From Dehalococcoidia bacterium (lineage in GTDB: Bacteria > Chloroflexota > Dehalococcoidia > UBA2979), in contig CBDDEC010000003.1 in the NCBI GenBank assembly GCA_965226785.1, positions 899,914 through 963,913 of the forward strand: 64,000 nt of DNA, in the 5' to 3' direction. The notes beneath the pieces were generated by a model. It saw only the letters and a program-made list of their open reading frames with translations. It did not search any database and was not told the DNA's origin. Shown one piece after another: positions 38,821-51,367 of the stretch. The first letter of the stretch is position 1, and each line of letters begins with the position of its first letter. The position numbers and the translations under genes are program-made.

Positions 38821-40245
38821 ATGACGAGCGACGCAGCCGGCGTCCAGCCCAACTTCCTGATCATCATGTCTGACGAGCACGCGCCGATGTTCAGCGGCGC
38901 GTACGGTCACCCGTTCATCGCGACGCCGAACATGGATCGCCTCGCCGAACAGGGCGTCACGTTCGACGCCGCGTACTGTAACGCGCCGCTGTGCGTGCCT
39001 TCGCGACAGTCGTTCCTCACGGGGCAGCACGTCTCGCACAGCGAGGTTTGGGACAACACGACGCCGCTGCGCGAGGACGCGATGACCTGGCCGTACATGC
39101 TGCGCACGCTCGGTTACGACGTGGCGCTGTCCGGCAAGATGCATCTCGTCGGTACCGACCCGCTGCACGGCTTCGAGAGTCAACTGGCCTACGATTGGTC
39201 ACGGCCCGAGCCCCGACCCCTCTGGGAGGAGGGCATCCCGACGAGCGCACCCCCGTGGCAAGGCGTCAAGCAGGCGGCCGCCGGGACGTCGCCGATCATC
39301 GAGGGCGACGACGCGGCCGAGGCGGCGGCCCTGGAGTACCTACGCGCTCCCGAACGGACTGAGCGACCGTTCGCGCTCTGCGTCGGCTTCGTCGCCCCGC
39401 ACTTTCCGTTCGTGGTTCCCGAGCCGTACTTCTCGATGTACTACCCGGAGCACGGCGATCTGCCGGCGGACCCGCCCGGCCACCTCGAAGACCTGCCGCC
39501 CGCGGCCGAGCGGCTCCGGCAGCTGTTCCGTTTCGACATCAACGACGACGACGACATCCGGAGGGCGCGGGCCGCGTACTACGGCCTCATCACCTACCTG
39601 GACGACAAGATCGGGCGGCTGCTGGACGCGCTCGAGGAGGGCGGGCTGGCCGAGAACACCGTCGTGATCCACACCTCGGACCACGGCGAGTCGCTCGGTG
39701 AGCACGGCCTGTGGCGCAAGATGAACTTCTACGAGCAGTCCGCCCGCGTCCCGCTCCAGATCGCGTGGCCGGGGGTGATTCCCGGTGGGCGCCGCTTCGC
39801 CGGGGCCGCGTCGCTGGTGGACGCGACGGCGACGATCCTCGAGATCGCCGGGGCCAGTCCTGAAGACACCGGGTTCTGGGATCTGGATGGCGACTCGCTG
39901 CTGCCGCTGCTGCGCGGCGAGAACCTGCCGTGGAAGGACGAGGCGTTCGTCGAGCACCTGGCGCATGGCACCGACCGCCCGCGGGCGATGATCCGCCACG
40001 GGAGCTGGAAGCTCTCGTACAGCCACGGCAACCCGCCAGAGTTCGAGCTGTACAACCTGGAGAGCGACCCCGGTGAGTACACCAACCTCGCCGACGACCC
40101 CTCGCATGCGGAGACGAAACAGCGTCTGCTGGCGCGCATCCTCGAGCTGTGGCCGGACCCCGACGAACTCGACAGGCGGATCAAGAGCGGCCAGCGCACG
40201 CGCGGGCTGATCCGGGAAGTGATGGGCGCAGAGGCGACGTTCTGA
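38821..40245 (+). CDS. Formylglycine-type sulfatase, choline-sulfatase-like
   Basis: PNFLIIMSDEH, CVPSR (CxPxR), GKMH, TSDHGE.LGEHGLWRK. Confidence 0.9.
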   Translation: MTSDAAGVQPNFLIIMSDEHAPMFSGAYGHPFIATPNMDRLAEQGVTFDAAYCNAPLCVPSRQSFLTGQHVSHSEVWDNTTPLREDAMTWPYMLRTLGYDVALSGKMHLVGTDPLHGFESQLAYDWSRPEPRPLWEEGIPTSAPPWQGVKQAAAGTSPIIEGDDAAEAAALEYLRAPERTERPFALCVGFVAPHFPFVVPEPYFSMYYPEHGDLPADPPGHLEDLPPAAERLRQLFRFDINDDDDIRRARAAYYGLITYLDDKIGRLLDALEEGGLAENTVVIHTSDHGESLGEHGLWRKMNFYEQSARVPLQIAWPGVIPGGRRFAGAASLVDATATILEIAGASPEDTGFWDLDGDSLLPLLRGENLPWKDEAFVEHLAHGTDRPRAMIRHGSWKLSYSHGNPPEFELYNLESDPGEYTNLADDPSHAETKQRLLARILELWPDPDELDRRIKSGQRTRGLIREVMGAEATF

Positions 40246-40597
40246 GGCGCACGCCGGGCAGATAGCGCGCCTCGTGGCGCTCGTCCGCGGCGCTGGCCGA
40301 CGGCGCGCGGGATAGCAGGCTCCCATCACGTCTATGATTCCGCCCCCGCCGTCGGCGCCACCCAGCGGCGCCGACGTCCGCGCCGTAGTCGGCGACGAGC
40401 TCTTGGCGGCGAACGTGCCGGCATGAGAGCCCGCGATCTCAACGACTCGCAGCCAACGAAACGACTTCATGGACTGCTTCGCTCCCCGGGCCGCCTGGCT
40501 CTGCCTGCGAGCGCGTCGGGGCCGATTGCAAACGTGGTACAACGGGGCAGCGTCGCCGGGCCGCGACTGAGTGCGCCCGGTCCGAAGAGGTGCGTCG

Positions 40598-41833
40598 ATG
40601 CAAGCGCTCGAGGGGATCCGGGTCGTCGAGCTGGCGGTGGCGGTGCAGGGACCCGCGGCCGGCGGGTTTCTCGCGGAGATGGGCGCTGATGTGATCAAGG
40701 TCGAGCGGCCGAGTGGCGACGGGAACCGCTGGCACCGCGGCGTCGGCAACACGCTGCCGAAGGAGGTCATCGGGACGCAGTTCATCGGCGTCTCCAGCGG
40801 CAAGCGCTCCGTGGCGCTTGACATCCACACGCCGCTGGGCCGGGACGTCGTGTACCGGCTCATCGATGGCGCCGACATCTTCGTGAGCAACTTCCGCGAG
40901 GAGGCGCTGGAGCGCATGGGCGTCAGCTACGAGGCCCTGCGGGAGCGCAACGAACGGCTGATCTATGCGATCGCGAACGGGTTTGGCCACCGCGGACCCG
41001 CCCGCACGGACCGTATGAGCGACCAGTTCGCCCAGGCCCGCAGCGGAATCGCCGGCGTGACTGGCGCCCCGGGCGACGGGCCGCTGACCCCCGGCGCGAT
41101 CATCGGCGACACAGGGGGCGCGATGGCGCTGCTGCTCGGGATCCTCGTGGCGCTGGCGGCGCGGGAGCGGCACGGCATCGGCCAGAAGGTGTCGACGTCC
41201 GCCTACGGCGCGCTGATCTGGATGCAGGCGTGGGAGATCAACCACTCCTCCGTCACCGGCCACCTGCTCACGAGCGACGGACCGTTCCACCCCAACTCGC
41301 CCGGGATCGCGGGGATCTACGAAACCGCCGATGGCGGTGCGTTCTGCCTCGGCATCCGCGACGACGAGGCGTGGCGCGCCTTCTGCGAGTTCGGCGGCAT
41401 CGACGAGGTGCTGGCGGACCCGCGCTGGGACACGCCCGAGAAGCGTCGACCGATGAGCGACCCCCGTCACGTCGCGTCGCGGGAGCTGCGCCCCCACGTC
41501 GCGCGAGCGATGGCGAGCCACGCAGCGGACGCATGGGTCGAGTTCTTCGCGGCACAGGGCGAGGCGTTCACCGTGCAGCGAGTACTCGACTACGGCGAGG
41601 TGCTGGACGATCCGCAGGCGCTGGAGAACGGCTACATCGTCGAGAAGGAGATTCCGTTCGCCGGCCGCCATCGCGTCGTCGGCAACCCGGTGCAGCTCAG
41701 CGCAACCCCCGCGGCGCCGAGCCCGCTGTTCTCCGATCTGGGGGAGCACACTGCCGAGGTGATGCGCGACCTCGGATTCTCCGCGGACGAGATTGCGGTG
41801 GTCGAGGCGCAGAAGGCGCCGCCTGAGCGCTGA
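40598..41833 (+). CDS. Family III CoA-transferase (CaiB/BaiF)
   Basis: ALEGIRVVEL...QGP...MGADVIKVERP, GKRSVALD, LGEHT. Confidence 0.9.
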   Translation: MQALEGIRVVELAVAVQGPAAGGFLAEMGADVIKVERPSGDGNRWHRGVGNTLPKEVIGTQFIGVSSGKRSVALDIHTPLGRDVVYRLIDGADIFVSNFREEALERMGVSYEALRERNERLIYAIANGFGHRGPARTDRMSDQFAQARSGIAGVTGAPGDGPLTPGAIIGDTGGAMALLLGILVALAARERHGIGQKVSTSAYGALIWMQAWEINHSSVTGHLLTSDGPFHPNSPGIAGIYETADGGAFCLGIRDDEAWRAFCEFGGIDEVLADPRWDTPEKRRPMSDPRHVASRELRPHVARAMASHAADAWVEFFAAQGEAFTVQRVLDYGEVLDDPQALENGYIVEKEIPFAGRHRVVGNPVQLSATPAAPSPLFSDLGEHTAEVMRDLGFSADEIAVVEAQKAPPER

Positions 41834-41847
41834 GCGACGGCGGCGGG

Positions 41848-42069
41848 TCACCGCACGAGGCGCAGCCGCGGGTCGAGCGCGTCGCGCAGCCAGTCGCCGA
41901 ACAGGTTGCCGGCCAGCGACACCGTGATGATGGCGATCCCGGGGATGGTGACGAGCCACCAAGCGATGCTGAGCAACCCGCGTCCCTCGGAGATCATCTT
42001 GCCCCACGAGATCGTCTCCTGGGCCACACCGACGCCGAGGAAGCTGAGCCCGGCTTCGGCAATGATCAC
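41848..42069 (-). pseudogene. ABC peptide permease (DppC-like), C-terminal fragment
   Basis: EAGLSFLGVGV...SWGKMISEGR...GDWLRDALDPR. Confidence 0.8.
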
Positions 42070-42370
42070 CTGCGTCGAGCCATCTTCGCAGGGGCATGCG
42101 GATGGCAGAGCTCATCCCGGCGACGATCAACGCTACTGCGGGGTGGATTCAGGTTGCCGGGTGGGGCATCCGACAGCGACGGGGCATGACGTCGGCATGG
42201 CAGGCCGGGTCCTGAGCAAGCCCGGATCGCGGGTAGGCCGTGAGCTTGCACGAGTGGGCCTGACGCTATCTTCCCGCCGATCGTCCGACGATCGGCATCG
42301 GCGCGGATCGCGTGCCCGGAGAGCTATGCTGACTAGGATCTGCCCCGGCTCCGCTCGGTCGGCAAGCCGC

Positions 42371-42640
42371 TTAGGTCGCGAACAACACATCGAAGACCTC
42401 GTTCATGTGGTCAATGCCCCAGAGGTGTCCAGCGCCCTGGACGACCGTCGGGCGACAATCGGGGATCGCGTCGGCCAGGTACTCGCCCATCACAGGCCGG
42501 TTCAGCCGATCCTCGTCACCCTGCCAAAGATGCACCGGCACTCTGATCTCGCCGAGCCACGACTGCCAGGGTTCTGAGCCAGAACGACGAGCCTCGAGCG
42601 CCCAGCCGCTGCGGGCGTGGGCCGTGCGCTGGGACCTCTG
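42371..42640 (-). pseudogene. Alpha/beta hydrolase, C-terminal fragment
   Basis: IRVPVHLWQGDED...LADAIP...GAGH. Confidence 0.65.
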
Positions 42641-42799
42641 ACCAGGCACGTCTGTCGGTGACAGAGACACCACGATCACCATCTGGGCGCGAATCTGAGC
42701 AGCATGGGGGAAACTACCACCACCCTGGCTCTCGGTGATCGAAGTGACCAGGGGCTGGTAGCGAAGAGCAGTCCGACCACATCACACAGGCAATCCTCG

Positions 42800-43273
42800 C
42801 CAGGATCGTCGGTGCTGGCGACGGTAGCAGGGGATCGGTGGTCTGAGACTTCCGACCTCGACGTCGCGCACGCGTTCGCCGCGTCCGACGAACTCAGAGA
42901 GCGGATGGCCGAGGCAGGCGTCGTGGGTCCCCCTGAGATGACGTGGGTGACACCGCTGCGCGAGGAGGTCGTCTGGGACCGGGAGCTCCCGGCGTTCATC
43001 CTCAGTCACGAGGTCGCCGACCTGGACGCCTGGCTCGAGGGGTACGACGGCGCCGAGGAGCTGAGGAGATCGAACGGCATCATCGGTCACGCGGCGAACC
43101 AGTCGGTGGACAACCCCTCCGTCATCGTCGTCTACCACCAGGCCGAGAGCATCGAGACGTTGCAGGCGTTCCTCGCCAACCCCGACCTGAAGGAAGTTAT
43201 GGAGGCGGCCGGCGTCACCTCGGAGCCTGAGGTATCGTTCCACACCGGCGGGTGGGGGAAGTTCTACGAGTGA
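42800..43273 (+). pseudogene. Tandem dimeric alpha-beta barrel-like protein, probably 5'-truncated
   Basis: Repeated AF...L(R/K)E.M..AGV...PE motif and HEVADLDAWLEGYD. Confidence 0.45.
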
Positions 43274-43667
43274 GGAGCCTCCTTCGATGGTGGCGCCTGT
43301 CGGTGACACAGATACCACGATCACGATCTCGGCGCGAAACCGCACACGATGGGTGAAACCACCGCCCACTGCGGCGCGGATGAACTGGGTGACACGCCGC
43401 CCATCCCGCTATCATCAAGCTCGCTCTGAGCCAAGGTCCGTTAACTGCGCTGCCCTGAGGGACTCGGCTGCCCAGCGACACTCACAGACTTAGCAGGCCA
43501 TCAACAGCGACCCCTACGCCGAAGCCGATCGCAGCGTAGAGGGGGAGCTGAACCGTAGCGCTTGAAGTACTTCGAGCGGCCAGTGATGCGACCCCAATCA
43601 GCGCGAGCGTGAAGCTGACGATCCAGAGGGTCACGAACGACTTCCGCACGCTCGCGCTGCTGGGCGG

Positions 43668-43964
43668 CTAGTCGTCGCTGCCGAGGACGTTGAATCCCTC
43701 GTCGAGTTGGACCTCGATCTGGCCGCCGTCGCTCATGCGGAGCTCGACCTCGTAGGCAGCGCCGTCGTCGCCGACTTCAGTCTCTGTGACCTCCCCGCCC
43801 GGGTAGGCCGCCTGAGCGGCTGCTACCGCCCGGTCGTACGTGTCGCCGGTTGACGGTTGGTCGTCGCCCCCGTTGGCGACTGCGAACCCGGTGCCCGCGA
43901 CCGCACCGCCGACAACTAGACCAGCAACTGCGGCGATGATCTGACTTCTTCGTGACTGGAGCAT
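43668..43964 (-). CDS. PepSY-domain secreted protein
   Basis: Signal peptide, then AVAAAQAAYPGGEVTETE...YEVELRMSDG..IEVQLD; GGAGG RBS. Confidence 0.8.
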   Translation of the reverse strand: MLQSRRSQIIAAVAGLVVGGAVAGTGFAVANGGDDQPSTGDTYDRAVAAAQAAYPGGEVTETEVGDDGAAYEVELRMSDGGQIEVQLDEGFNVLGSDD

Positions 43965-43977
43965 CAAGACCTCCTAG

Positions 43978-44367
43978 ATGGGTCGGGAGCGCTACTGGGC
44001 GGGCCATCTAGCCGTGGCCTACGACCACCTCGTCCCGTCTCAGGTCGTCGTCTCCATCGGCACCTTCGACGGCAAGTCTGTTCAGCTAGCGGTGCGCGGC
44101 AACCTACCTGACCCGGCCGATGTTTCAGTCGCGTCGGGGCTGGTGGTCTACGAACTCGTCGGTTACGAATACTGGGCCGGCGACGAGCCGTGGGATCGTG
44201 TGAGCTTGGTGTCGCGACTCGAAGCGCGAAACCGAGATTCGGATGTCATGGGCGTCGTGCTGTTCCAGCTACTCGACGACAGAACCCTCAAGGTCGAGAC
44301 GTTCCCGCGCCAGACCGCGAGTCAGGTCTCGGGATTCACGAATGCCGCACTCATCTACGAACGCTGA
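43978..44367 (+). CDS. Hypothetical protein, probably a C-terminal fragment
   Basis: Protein-like ORF ending LKVETFP...FTNAALIYER; its start abuts the PepSY RBS. Confidence 0.4.
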   Translation: MGRERYWAGHLAVAYDHLVPSQVVVSIGTFDGKSVQLAVRGNLPDPADVSVASGLVVYELVGYEYWAGDEPWDRVSLVSRLEARNRDSDVMGVVLFQLLDDRTLKVETFPRQTASQVSGFTNAALIYER

Positions 44368-44443
44368 AGTAGGTTGAGGAGCCACCGCAATTCGAATTCG
44401 CGGCCTCCCCCTTAGGGGGCGGCGCAAAATAGAAATTGAGCTT

Positions 44444-44512
44444 GACGGTTCGAATCCGTTCGGGGTCGCCATACCCGTCTAACTCAGCCGCGCTCCGGGG
44501 CGGCTTCTTCGT
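44444..44512 (+). repeat. tRNA 3' fragment (T-arm to CCA) plus terminator-like hairpin, direct repeat copy A
   Basis: GACGGTTCGAATCCGTTCGGGGTCGCCA then TACCCGTCTAACTCAGCCGC...GCGGCTTCTT. Confidence 0.72.
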
Positions 44513-44920
44513 AGGCGATGCCATCGACGTCACGCGCGGCTTGTGAAAGACCTACCCAATGAACTGCCGCCAGCCGACCTTCCATTGGCCGTCAACGCGG
44601 TGCACGGCCCAGAGCATCTCAATTTGCCGAAGCGCGTCTCCATCGGGGCTGATTACCGCGGCGTCGAGCGAGAAGAGCTTGAATGCATCGTTGCTGGCAA
44701 TGACCCGCTCTGACCGCAGGTCGAGTCGGTTCGGTGGGACGGGGAAGGGAACGTCTTCCGGAGTCTGGTACCAGCTCTTCCCACCGTCGCCGCCGCCCTG
44801 GAAGAGAGGGAACGTTGTCGAGGCGGCGAGGAGTTGATGGTCTCCGGCGTTGACAGCGGCGAGATGGTCCTGGATGGCTTCGTTCGGAGTGAACCGCCCC
44901 GGGTTTAGTGGAGACTCGGT

Positions 44921-46128
<1,208 letters not shown>

Positions 46129-46264
46129 CGCTCCATCCTCTCAAGGACTGGAGCCTCCAACATTCCCGGGGCGGTTCAGAGTGGCCATTGGCGGGTCTAC
46201 CTCTTGGTGATTCGGCCGGAGTTCGCGGGCATTAGACAGCCGGTTGGTGTGGCACTCTCGGCGA

Positions 46265-46624
46265 CTCAGACCGCTCCGAGGAATTGCCGCCAGCCGACCT
46301 TCCAATCGTCCTCGACGCGGTGGACAGCCCACAACATGTGGACGCGCTGGCGGGCTTCTCGTTCTTGTCGAAGAACTGACCAATCAGCGAGAAGAGGACC
46401 ACATCACCGGAGGTTGCCAGGATGTCCTCGGAGACGAGCTCCAATCGGACCTGGAGGGCTGCGTACACCTCGAGGTTCTCATCGACCGTCTGGTACCAGC
46501 GCTTCTCACCATCCTCCATGCCCTGGAAGAGTGGGTATGTGGCCGTGGCGAGCAGTTGTTCGCGGTCTGCCTGGTTGACCGCGTTCAGGTGCTCGTGAAT
46601 CGTGGCGCTCGGCGTGCTGGCCAT
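46265..46624 (-). pseudogene. Paralog of the IS3-interrupted small protein, frameshifted near 46350
   Basis: MASTPSATIHEHLNAVN...YPLFQG...WYQT, then MLWAVHRVEDDWKVGWRQFL in a shifted frame; GGAGG RBS. Confidence 0.6.
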
Positions 46625-46697
46625 CGCCGACAGTCCTCCGGGGTTTGTTCTCTGTATGCGCGACTCAACGTAGGGCATCCGTCTGCCGCTTGGCGCA

Positions 46698-46754
46698 CGT
46701 TCAGCGTCGCCATACCCGTCTAACTCAGCCGCCCGAGAGGGCGGCTTTCTCGTG
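46698..46754 (+). repeat. Degenerate tRNA 3' fragment plus terminator-like hairpin, direct repeat copy B
   Basis: GTCGCCATACCCGTCTAACTCAGCCGC identical to copy A, followed by GCGGCTTTCTCGT. Confidence 0.72.
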
Positions 46755-47066
46755 GGGGTGGGGGTCGGAAAGTGTGCGAAATGTGCGAGGAGGCGTTCGG
46801 AGCTGATTGCGAAAGTCATCGGCGTCCCGTTCCAGAACCGGGCCGGCACAAGGTTGCCGTAGTGTCGCCATCGAGTGCGACTGGGCTTCGCGACCCAAGG
46901 GGGCGCTGTACCTTGCGGTGACCGCAGCCAATCAGTCGCACCGGAGCAAGTTGTCTCGACCGCGGCAAGACGAGCACGAGGAGTGTGACGATGCCGATTC
47001 CCGAGCCTGAGATGAAGACTTGGCTCTCCGTCTTCGCAGATGAGATGCCGGGCGCTCACGCGCCGT

Positions 47067-47094
47067 GAGCCTCCAACATTCCCGGGGCGGTTCA
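47067..47094. repeat. Solo IS3 terminal IR
   Basis: GAGCCTCCAACATTCCCGGGGCGGTTCA identical to 46151-46178, with no transposase attached. Confidence 0.85.
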
Positions 47095-47717
47095 CAACAT
47101 CCAGGACGTGAACGAGGACAATCTCGAGGCGGCTCGGGATCGATGGGCACCGGTTCAGAGCCGTGTGTTGCAGCTGCCCGGCGTGAGCACACATTTCCGC
47201 GCCGTGAGCGACTATGGGGCGCGAAAGCGCACTATTACGATTGTTCATTATGACGAGATGATCGATCCCGATCTCTACGCGCAGCTCTTCGACAACGATG
47301 ACTATCTGGAGGAGTGGCTTGCCGTGGGAGCGACGTTGGAGTCCTACCGCTGGTTCAAGACCTACGAGATGAACTGACCCATGCTCTAGGCCCAGTCGTC
47401 AGGGTGGTGATCAACGCAATGTCAGCCGCCCGAGAGGGCGGCTCTCTCGTGGTCAGTCGAAGCAGGCAGCGCCACACTTGGCCGCGGCGCGGTCTCCAAA
47501 GTCCATTCTCGACCGCCCTTTCTGTCTCACAGGTTCCGGATCTGCGTGAGGCGTGCGAAGTGTGCGCGTTCGCCAGCTATCATCACGCTCGCCATGAACC
47601 GAAAGCAGTCTGACGCTGAGCATGTGATGAACGCGGCGGGGTTGGCGTAGCCCACGCTCCGACGGGTTCGTTGCCGCGCCCGACCGCCAGGAGGGGTCCG
47701 GAGCGAGGAGGTTCAGG

Positions 47718-48026
47718 ATGTACGGGACCATCGCCCGGATGCGCCTGCTCCCAGGTGCGGAAGAGATGTTCCGCGTGTACTGGGAGGCGCTGAGCGACAA
47801 CATCATGCCGGGCTGGGTGTCGACATCGGTCGTGCACGCTGAAGGCGACCCGCACGACATTTGGCTCTTCGTGCTCTTCGAGGACAAGGAGTCGTACCTC
47901 CGCAATGCGCAAAGCGCCAACCAGGACGCCCGATACCGGCGCATGCGCGCCTGCCTGGAAGCAGACCCCGAGTGGCACGACATCAACCTCATCTCGAAGG
48001 CTGACCGCCCTCCGACGCCCTCCTAG
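47718..48026 (+). CDS. ABM-like dimeric alpha-beta barrel protein
   Basis: MYGTIARMR..PG, FEDKESY..NA.S..QDARYRRMRACLEADPEW; GAGG RBS. Confidence 0.65.
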   Translation: MYGTIARMRLLPGAEEMFRVYWEALSDNIMPGWVSTSVVHAEGDPHDIWLFVLFEDKESYLRNAQSANQDARYRRMRACLEADPEWHDINLISKADRPPTPS

Positions 48027-48203
48027 CCACTTCCCCGTCGCGCCGATTGGGGCGCGCTACTATGCCCTGCGTTATGACCTTCGAGGCGCGCAACGTGTAC
48101 GCGATGGAGTGGGCGTAACGGATTCCGTCGAGTAGCAGATCAGTTCGAACGGTCCCTGCTGTTTGCCAGCGGCGGTACCAGCGCGGGAAGCAGCAGGTGA
48201 CTC

Positions 48204-49769
48204 ATGACTGAGGACCACACGCCGAGTGAAGGCACGTTCGCGTTGCCTCGGCTCGCTCGCCCTGTTGTCGACGCCGCCGCCAGAGTCCAGGCCAGCGTCC
48301 ATACCAAGCTGCTCGCTGGGTTCCTTCTCGGTGCGCTCCTCCTCCTGGCGATGGGCGTCGTGAGCGTCCTGGTCATCGAGCGGATGGACGACCGCGTGGA
48401 CGAACTCGTGGCACGGCGCGAGGAGACGGATCAGGCGCGGCAGATGATCTATCTGGTGACCGCACAGAGCCACTTTCGCGCGATGGCGTTGATCACCGAG
48501 GATCCGCTTTGGAACGGGAAGATCGACCAGTCGAAGGACCAGTTCACAGGCGCTCTCGACACCTTCACGGTGGCGAGCGGCTCGGCGACCGAAGTCCTGG
48601 TGGTTGATCTGCGCCGACTGGATGAGCGCTACCAGGAGTCTGGCCAGAAGATCGCAGGCGTCTATGCGACTGGCGACCTTACTGCCGCACTGGACCTGCA
48701 CCTCGCCGAGGAGCACGAGATCTCCCATGAACTGGAAGATGCTCTGAACGGGTCGATTGCCTCATCAGACGATGCTTTCCAAGTTTCGGTGGAGGCGTTC
48801 GATTCCGACCGGGCGCTGCTCACGATTGTCGTTGCGATGTTCTCGGGAGTGAGCGTCGTCATCGCGGTATCGCTCGGGCTCGTCCTCTCATGGGCGTTCG
48901 TTCGCCCGGTCCGTCAGGTCGACCATGTCCTCGGGCGTATCGCACGGGGCGACTTCTCGCAGCGGGTCGACGTCCCCAACCGAGACGAATTCGGTACGCT
49001 CAGTGCGCACATCAACCAGACCAACACGCAACTCGCGACGCTATACGGCGACCTGGAATCCCTGAACGCTGGCCTGCAGCAGCAAGTCTCCGAGAAGGTA
49101 GCGGAACTTGAGCGAGCCAACCGGCTGCGACGCTACCTCTCTCCTCAGGTCGCGGACTCGCTTCTCTCCGGCGACATGGAGGTGAGTTTAACTACACGCC
49201 GGAGCCGTTTGACGGTGTTCTTCTCCGACATCCGCGGCTTTACGGCGATGTCCGAGACGGTGGAGCCGGAGGAGCTCATCGACCGCGTCAACGGGTACCT
49301 CACCGAGATGACCGAAATCGTCTTCAGGCACGGGGGAACGCTCGACAAGTACGTCGGCGACGCGGTGATGGTCTTCTTCGGGGATCCCGTCGCGTACGAC
49401 GATCATGCCGCGAGAGCGGTACGGATGGCGCTGGAGATGCGCCAGCGCCTGACGGAATTGCAGCAACAGTGGTCGTTGGCACACGAAGAGACGTTGACCG
49501 TAGGGATGGGGATCAGCACGGGCTACGTAACTGTCGGCAACATCGGCTCGCCGGCCCGGATCGACTACACCGTCTACGGCAACGCGGTGAATCTCGCGGC
49601 CCGCCTGGCAGACGCCGCGCGCCCAGGCCAGATCCTCGTGAGCGAGGCAACCTTGCTGGAGGCGGAGGGGCTCGCTCGCGGCAGCCTAGTGGAGACGCCG
49701 GAGCTAAAGGGCGTCGGGAGACCGACCGCGATCTACGAGCTCGACAATGACGACGAGATTTCGGACTGA
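48204..49769 (+). CDS. Membrane class III adenylate/guanylate cyclase with HAMP domain
   Basis: Two TM helices, NRDEFGTL HAMP, FFSDIRGFT, DKYVGDAVM, GNAVNLAARL. Confidence 0.93.
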   Translation: MTEDHTPSEGTFALPRLARPVVDAAARVQASVHTKLLAGFLLGALLLLAMGVVSVLVIERMDDRVDELVARREETDQARQMIYLVTAQSHFRAMALITEDPLWNGKIDQSKDQFTGALDTFTVASGSATEVLVVDLRRLDERYQESGQKIAGVYATGDLTAALDLHLAEEHEISHELEDALNGSIASSDDAFQVSVEAFDSDRALLTIVVAMFSGVSVVIAVSLGLVLSWAFVRPVRQVDHVLGRIARGDFSQRVDVPNRDEFGTLSAHINQTNTQLATLYGDLESLNAGLQQQVSEKVAELERANRLRRYLSPQVADSLLSGDMEVSLTTRRSRLTVFFSDIRGFTAMSETVEPEELIDRVNGYLTEMTEIVFRHGGTLDKYVGDAVMVFFGDPVAYDDHAARAVRMALEMRQRLTELQQQWSLAHEETLTVGMGISTGYVTVGNIGSPARIDYTVYGNAVNLAARLADAARPGQILVSEATLLEAEGLARGSLVETPELKGVGRPTAIYELDNDDEISD

Positions 49770-50110
49770 CGCTTTGAGTCGGCATCGAGATCATCGTCTG
49801 GGATCGAGGCCCGTAGCGAAGGGAGAACACACCGCCCTCCCTGAAGCGCTGTGACCTCGATGATTTGGGTGACCCCGCCCGCCGCGGGCTATCCATCTTG
49901 GTCTGTTACCACCCGCGGACGCTCGAAGTTTGCGCGCTCCTACTCGACTCGTTGACTTCGCGCGACGGGGCGCCAGGCCCTCGGGCGAGCGGCCGTCAGT
50001 CGCCCGGCGCGGGGCTACTCGTTGTCGTCACCACGTCGCTGGTGCGCCTCGGTCGCCACGTCACAGAGCGCATCAAGGCGCTTGTGCCGCAGACACGACC
50101 CTCGGCTGGC

Positions 50111-51088
50111 TTAGCTCTGAGCCAACTCGCGTTCGTCCTGCCAGCTCGTGATTCTGTGGACGATCACCAGCGCCAACACACCGCAGAGCACGAATAGGAC
50201 CTCGGCGATGGCGCTCCTCCAGTCGGCGAGGATCGCATCGGAGACCGTCTGCTCCCGGAAGAAGCTGCTCGCGCTCGGACCGACGAGCGCAGCGATGACC
50301 CAGAGACCCCACCACCAACCGATCAGACCGGATCCAACTCCAGCGAGGTTGCTGACCTGATAGAGCTCGTTCACCACCTGATACGGGCGGAAGAGATTCA
50401 TGATCGGGACGAAGAACCAGCCCACTGCCCAGCGAGGCGAGAAGCGCAGACTGCCAGCGGGACGGATCGAACTCAGGTTTCCATACGCTCGATTGATCCA
50501 AAAGCAGAACGTCACGATGGCGAAGACGAAGGCGGCGAAGTTCAACGAGCCTGCCAGGGCCATGCGGTTGTCGTGATCGTCCGCCTCCGACGGCGAGACG
50601 AAGTCACCGCGCTCGATCTTCTCGAGCAGATTGATTTCGCTCAGAGTCATCCAGATCAGGAACACCGCCGAGAGCATGTAAAGCGCGAAGCCGGCGTAGA
50701 CCCACTTGGCCCGACGGCCCGTGCGCTGCGCTGATTGAAGCTGTGGCCGACGAGTTTCCATGCCGCAGTGCGGGCAGAAGTGGTCCGTTACCGCGATCCC
50801 TCCGTCGCAATTTGCACATCTAGAGGCGGGTTCGGCGCGCTGAGGGCGTTCCGTCTCGGCAGTTGCGCGGGGTTTTGGGGCCGGCTGTGGCGGAGGAGGC
50901 TCGACATACACCGTCGGGGGCGTGAACGCACCGATTGGAGGGTTGAGCACCCGCTGGCGACGTGCCTCGAGTTGCTCGGCCGAGGCGCTGTCCGCCAGAA
51001 AGTCACCAGGCCTCAGCCGTGTCGAGCACTGCGGACACTCGGCGACGTCGTCGTCTGCGACGGCCGCACAGGACGAACAGATCAACAT
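50111..51088 (-). CDS. Zinc-ribbon plus DUF4328-like membrane protein
   Basis: Two CxxC...CxxC pairs; WINRAYGNL, WAVGWFFVPIMNLFRPYQ, WWWGLW. Confidence 0.75.
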   Translation of the reverse strand: MLICSSCAAVADDDVAECPQCSTRLRPGDFLADSASAEQLEARRQRVLNPPIGAFTPPTVYVEPPPPQPAPKPRATAETERPQRAEPASRCANCDGGIAVTDHFCPHCGMETRRPQLQSAQRTGRRAKWVYAGFALYMLSAVFLIWMTLSEINLLEKIERGDFVSPSEADDHDNRMALAGSLNFAAFVFAIVTFCFWINRAYGNLSSIRPAGSLRFSPRWAVGWFFVPIMNLFRPYQVVNELYQVSNLAGVGSGLIGWWWGLWVIAALVGPSASSFFREQTVSDAILADWRSAIAEVLFVLCGVLALVIVHRITSWQDERELAQS

Positions 51089-51367
51089 GACTGGCCCCGA
51101 GATCGCTTGAACGCGCCGCTGGCTCAGCCCGAGGCCGCAACCGCCCGCCTCGGCAGGAGGAGCAGCGTGACAGATCCACCTGGGACGGGCCCTTGAGAGC
51201 GCCCGCCCGTCGGCTGGTGCTGCGCCTTCCCTCTGAGCAAGCCGTGACGGTATCGATCCACCGCCGCCAAGTCAAGACATATGTCATATCGGCGCCTCGA
51301 CCTTGCTCCCATACCGCTGCCAGGGGGCACTGCGTTCGAGACAAGGATGCCGTCGTCCCGGCTTTGA

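Noticed and set aside
44477..44517. Integron attC sites (GTCTAAC fits RYYYAAC)
   Set aside because: No matching GTTRRRY end, no L boxes and no IntI gene; the hairpin is better explained as a terminator after a tRNA end.
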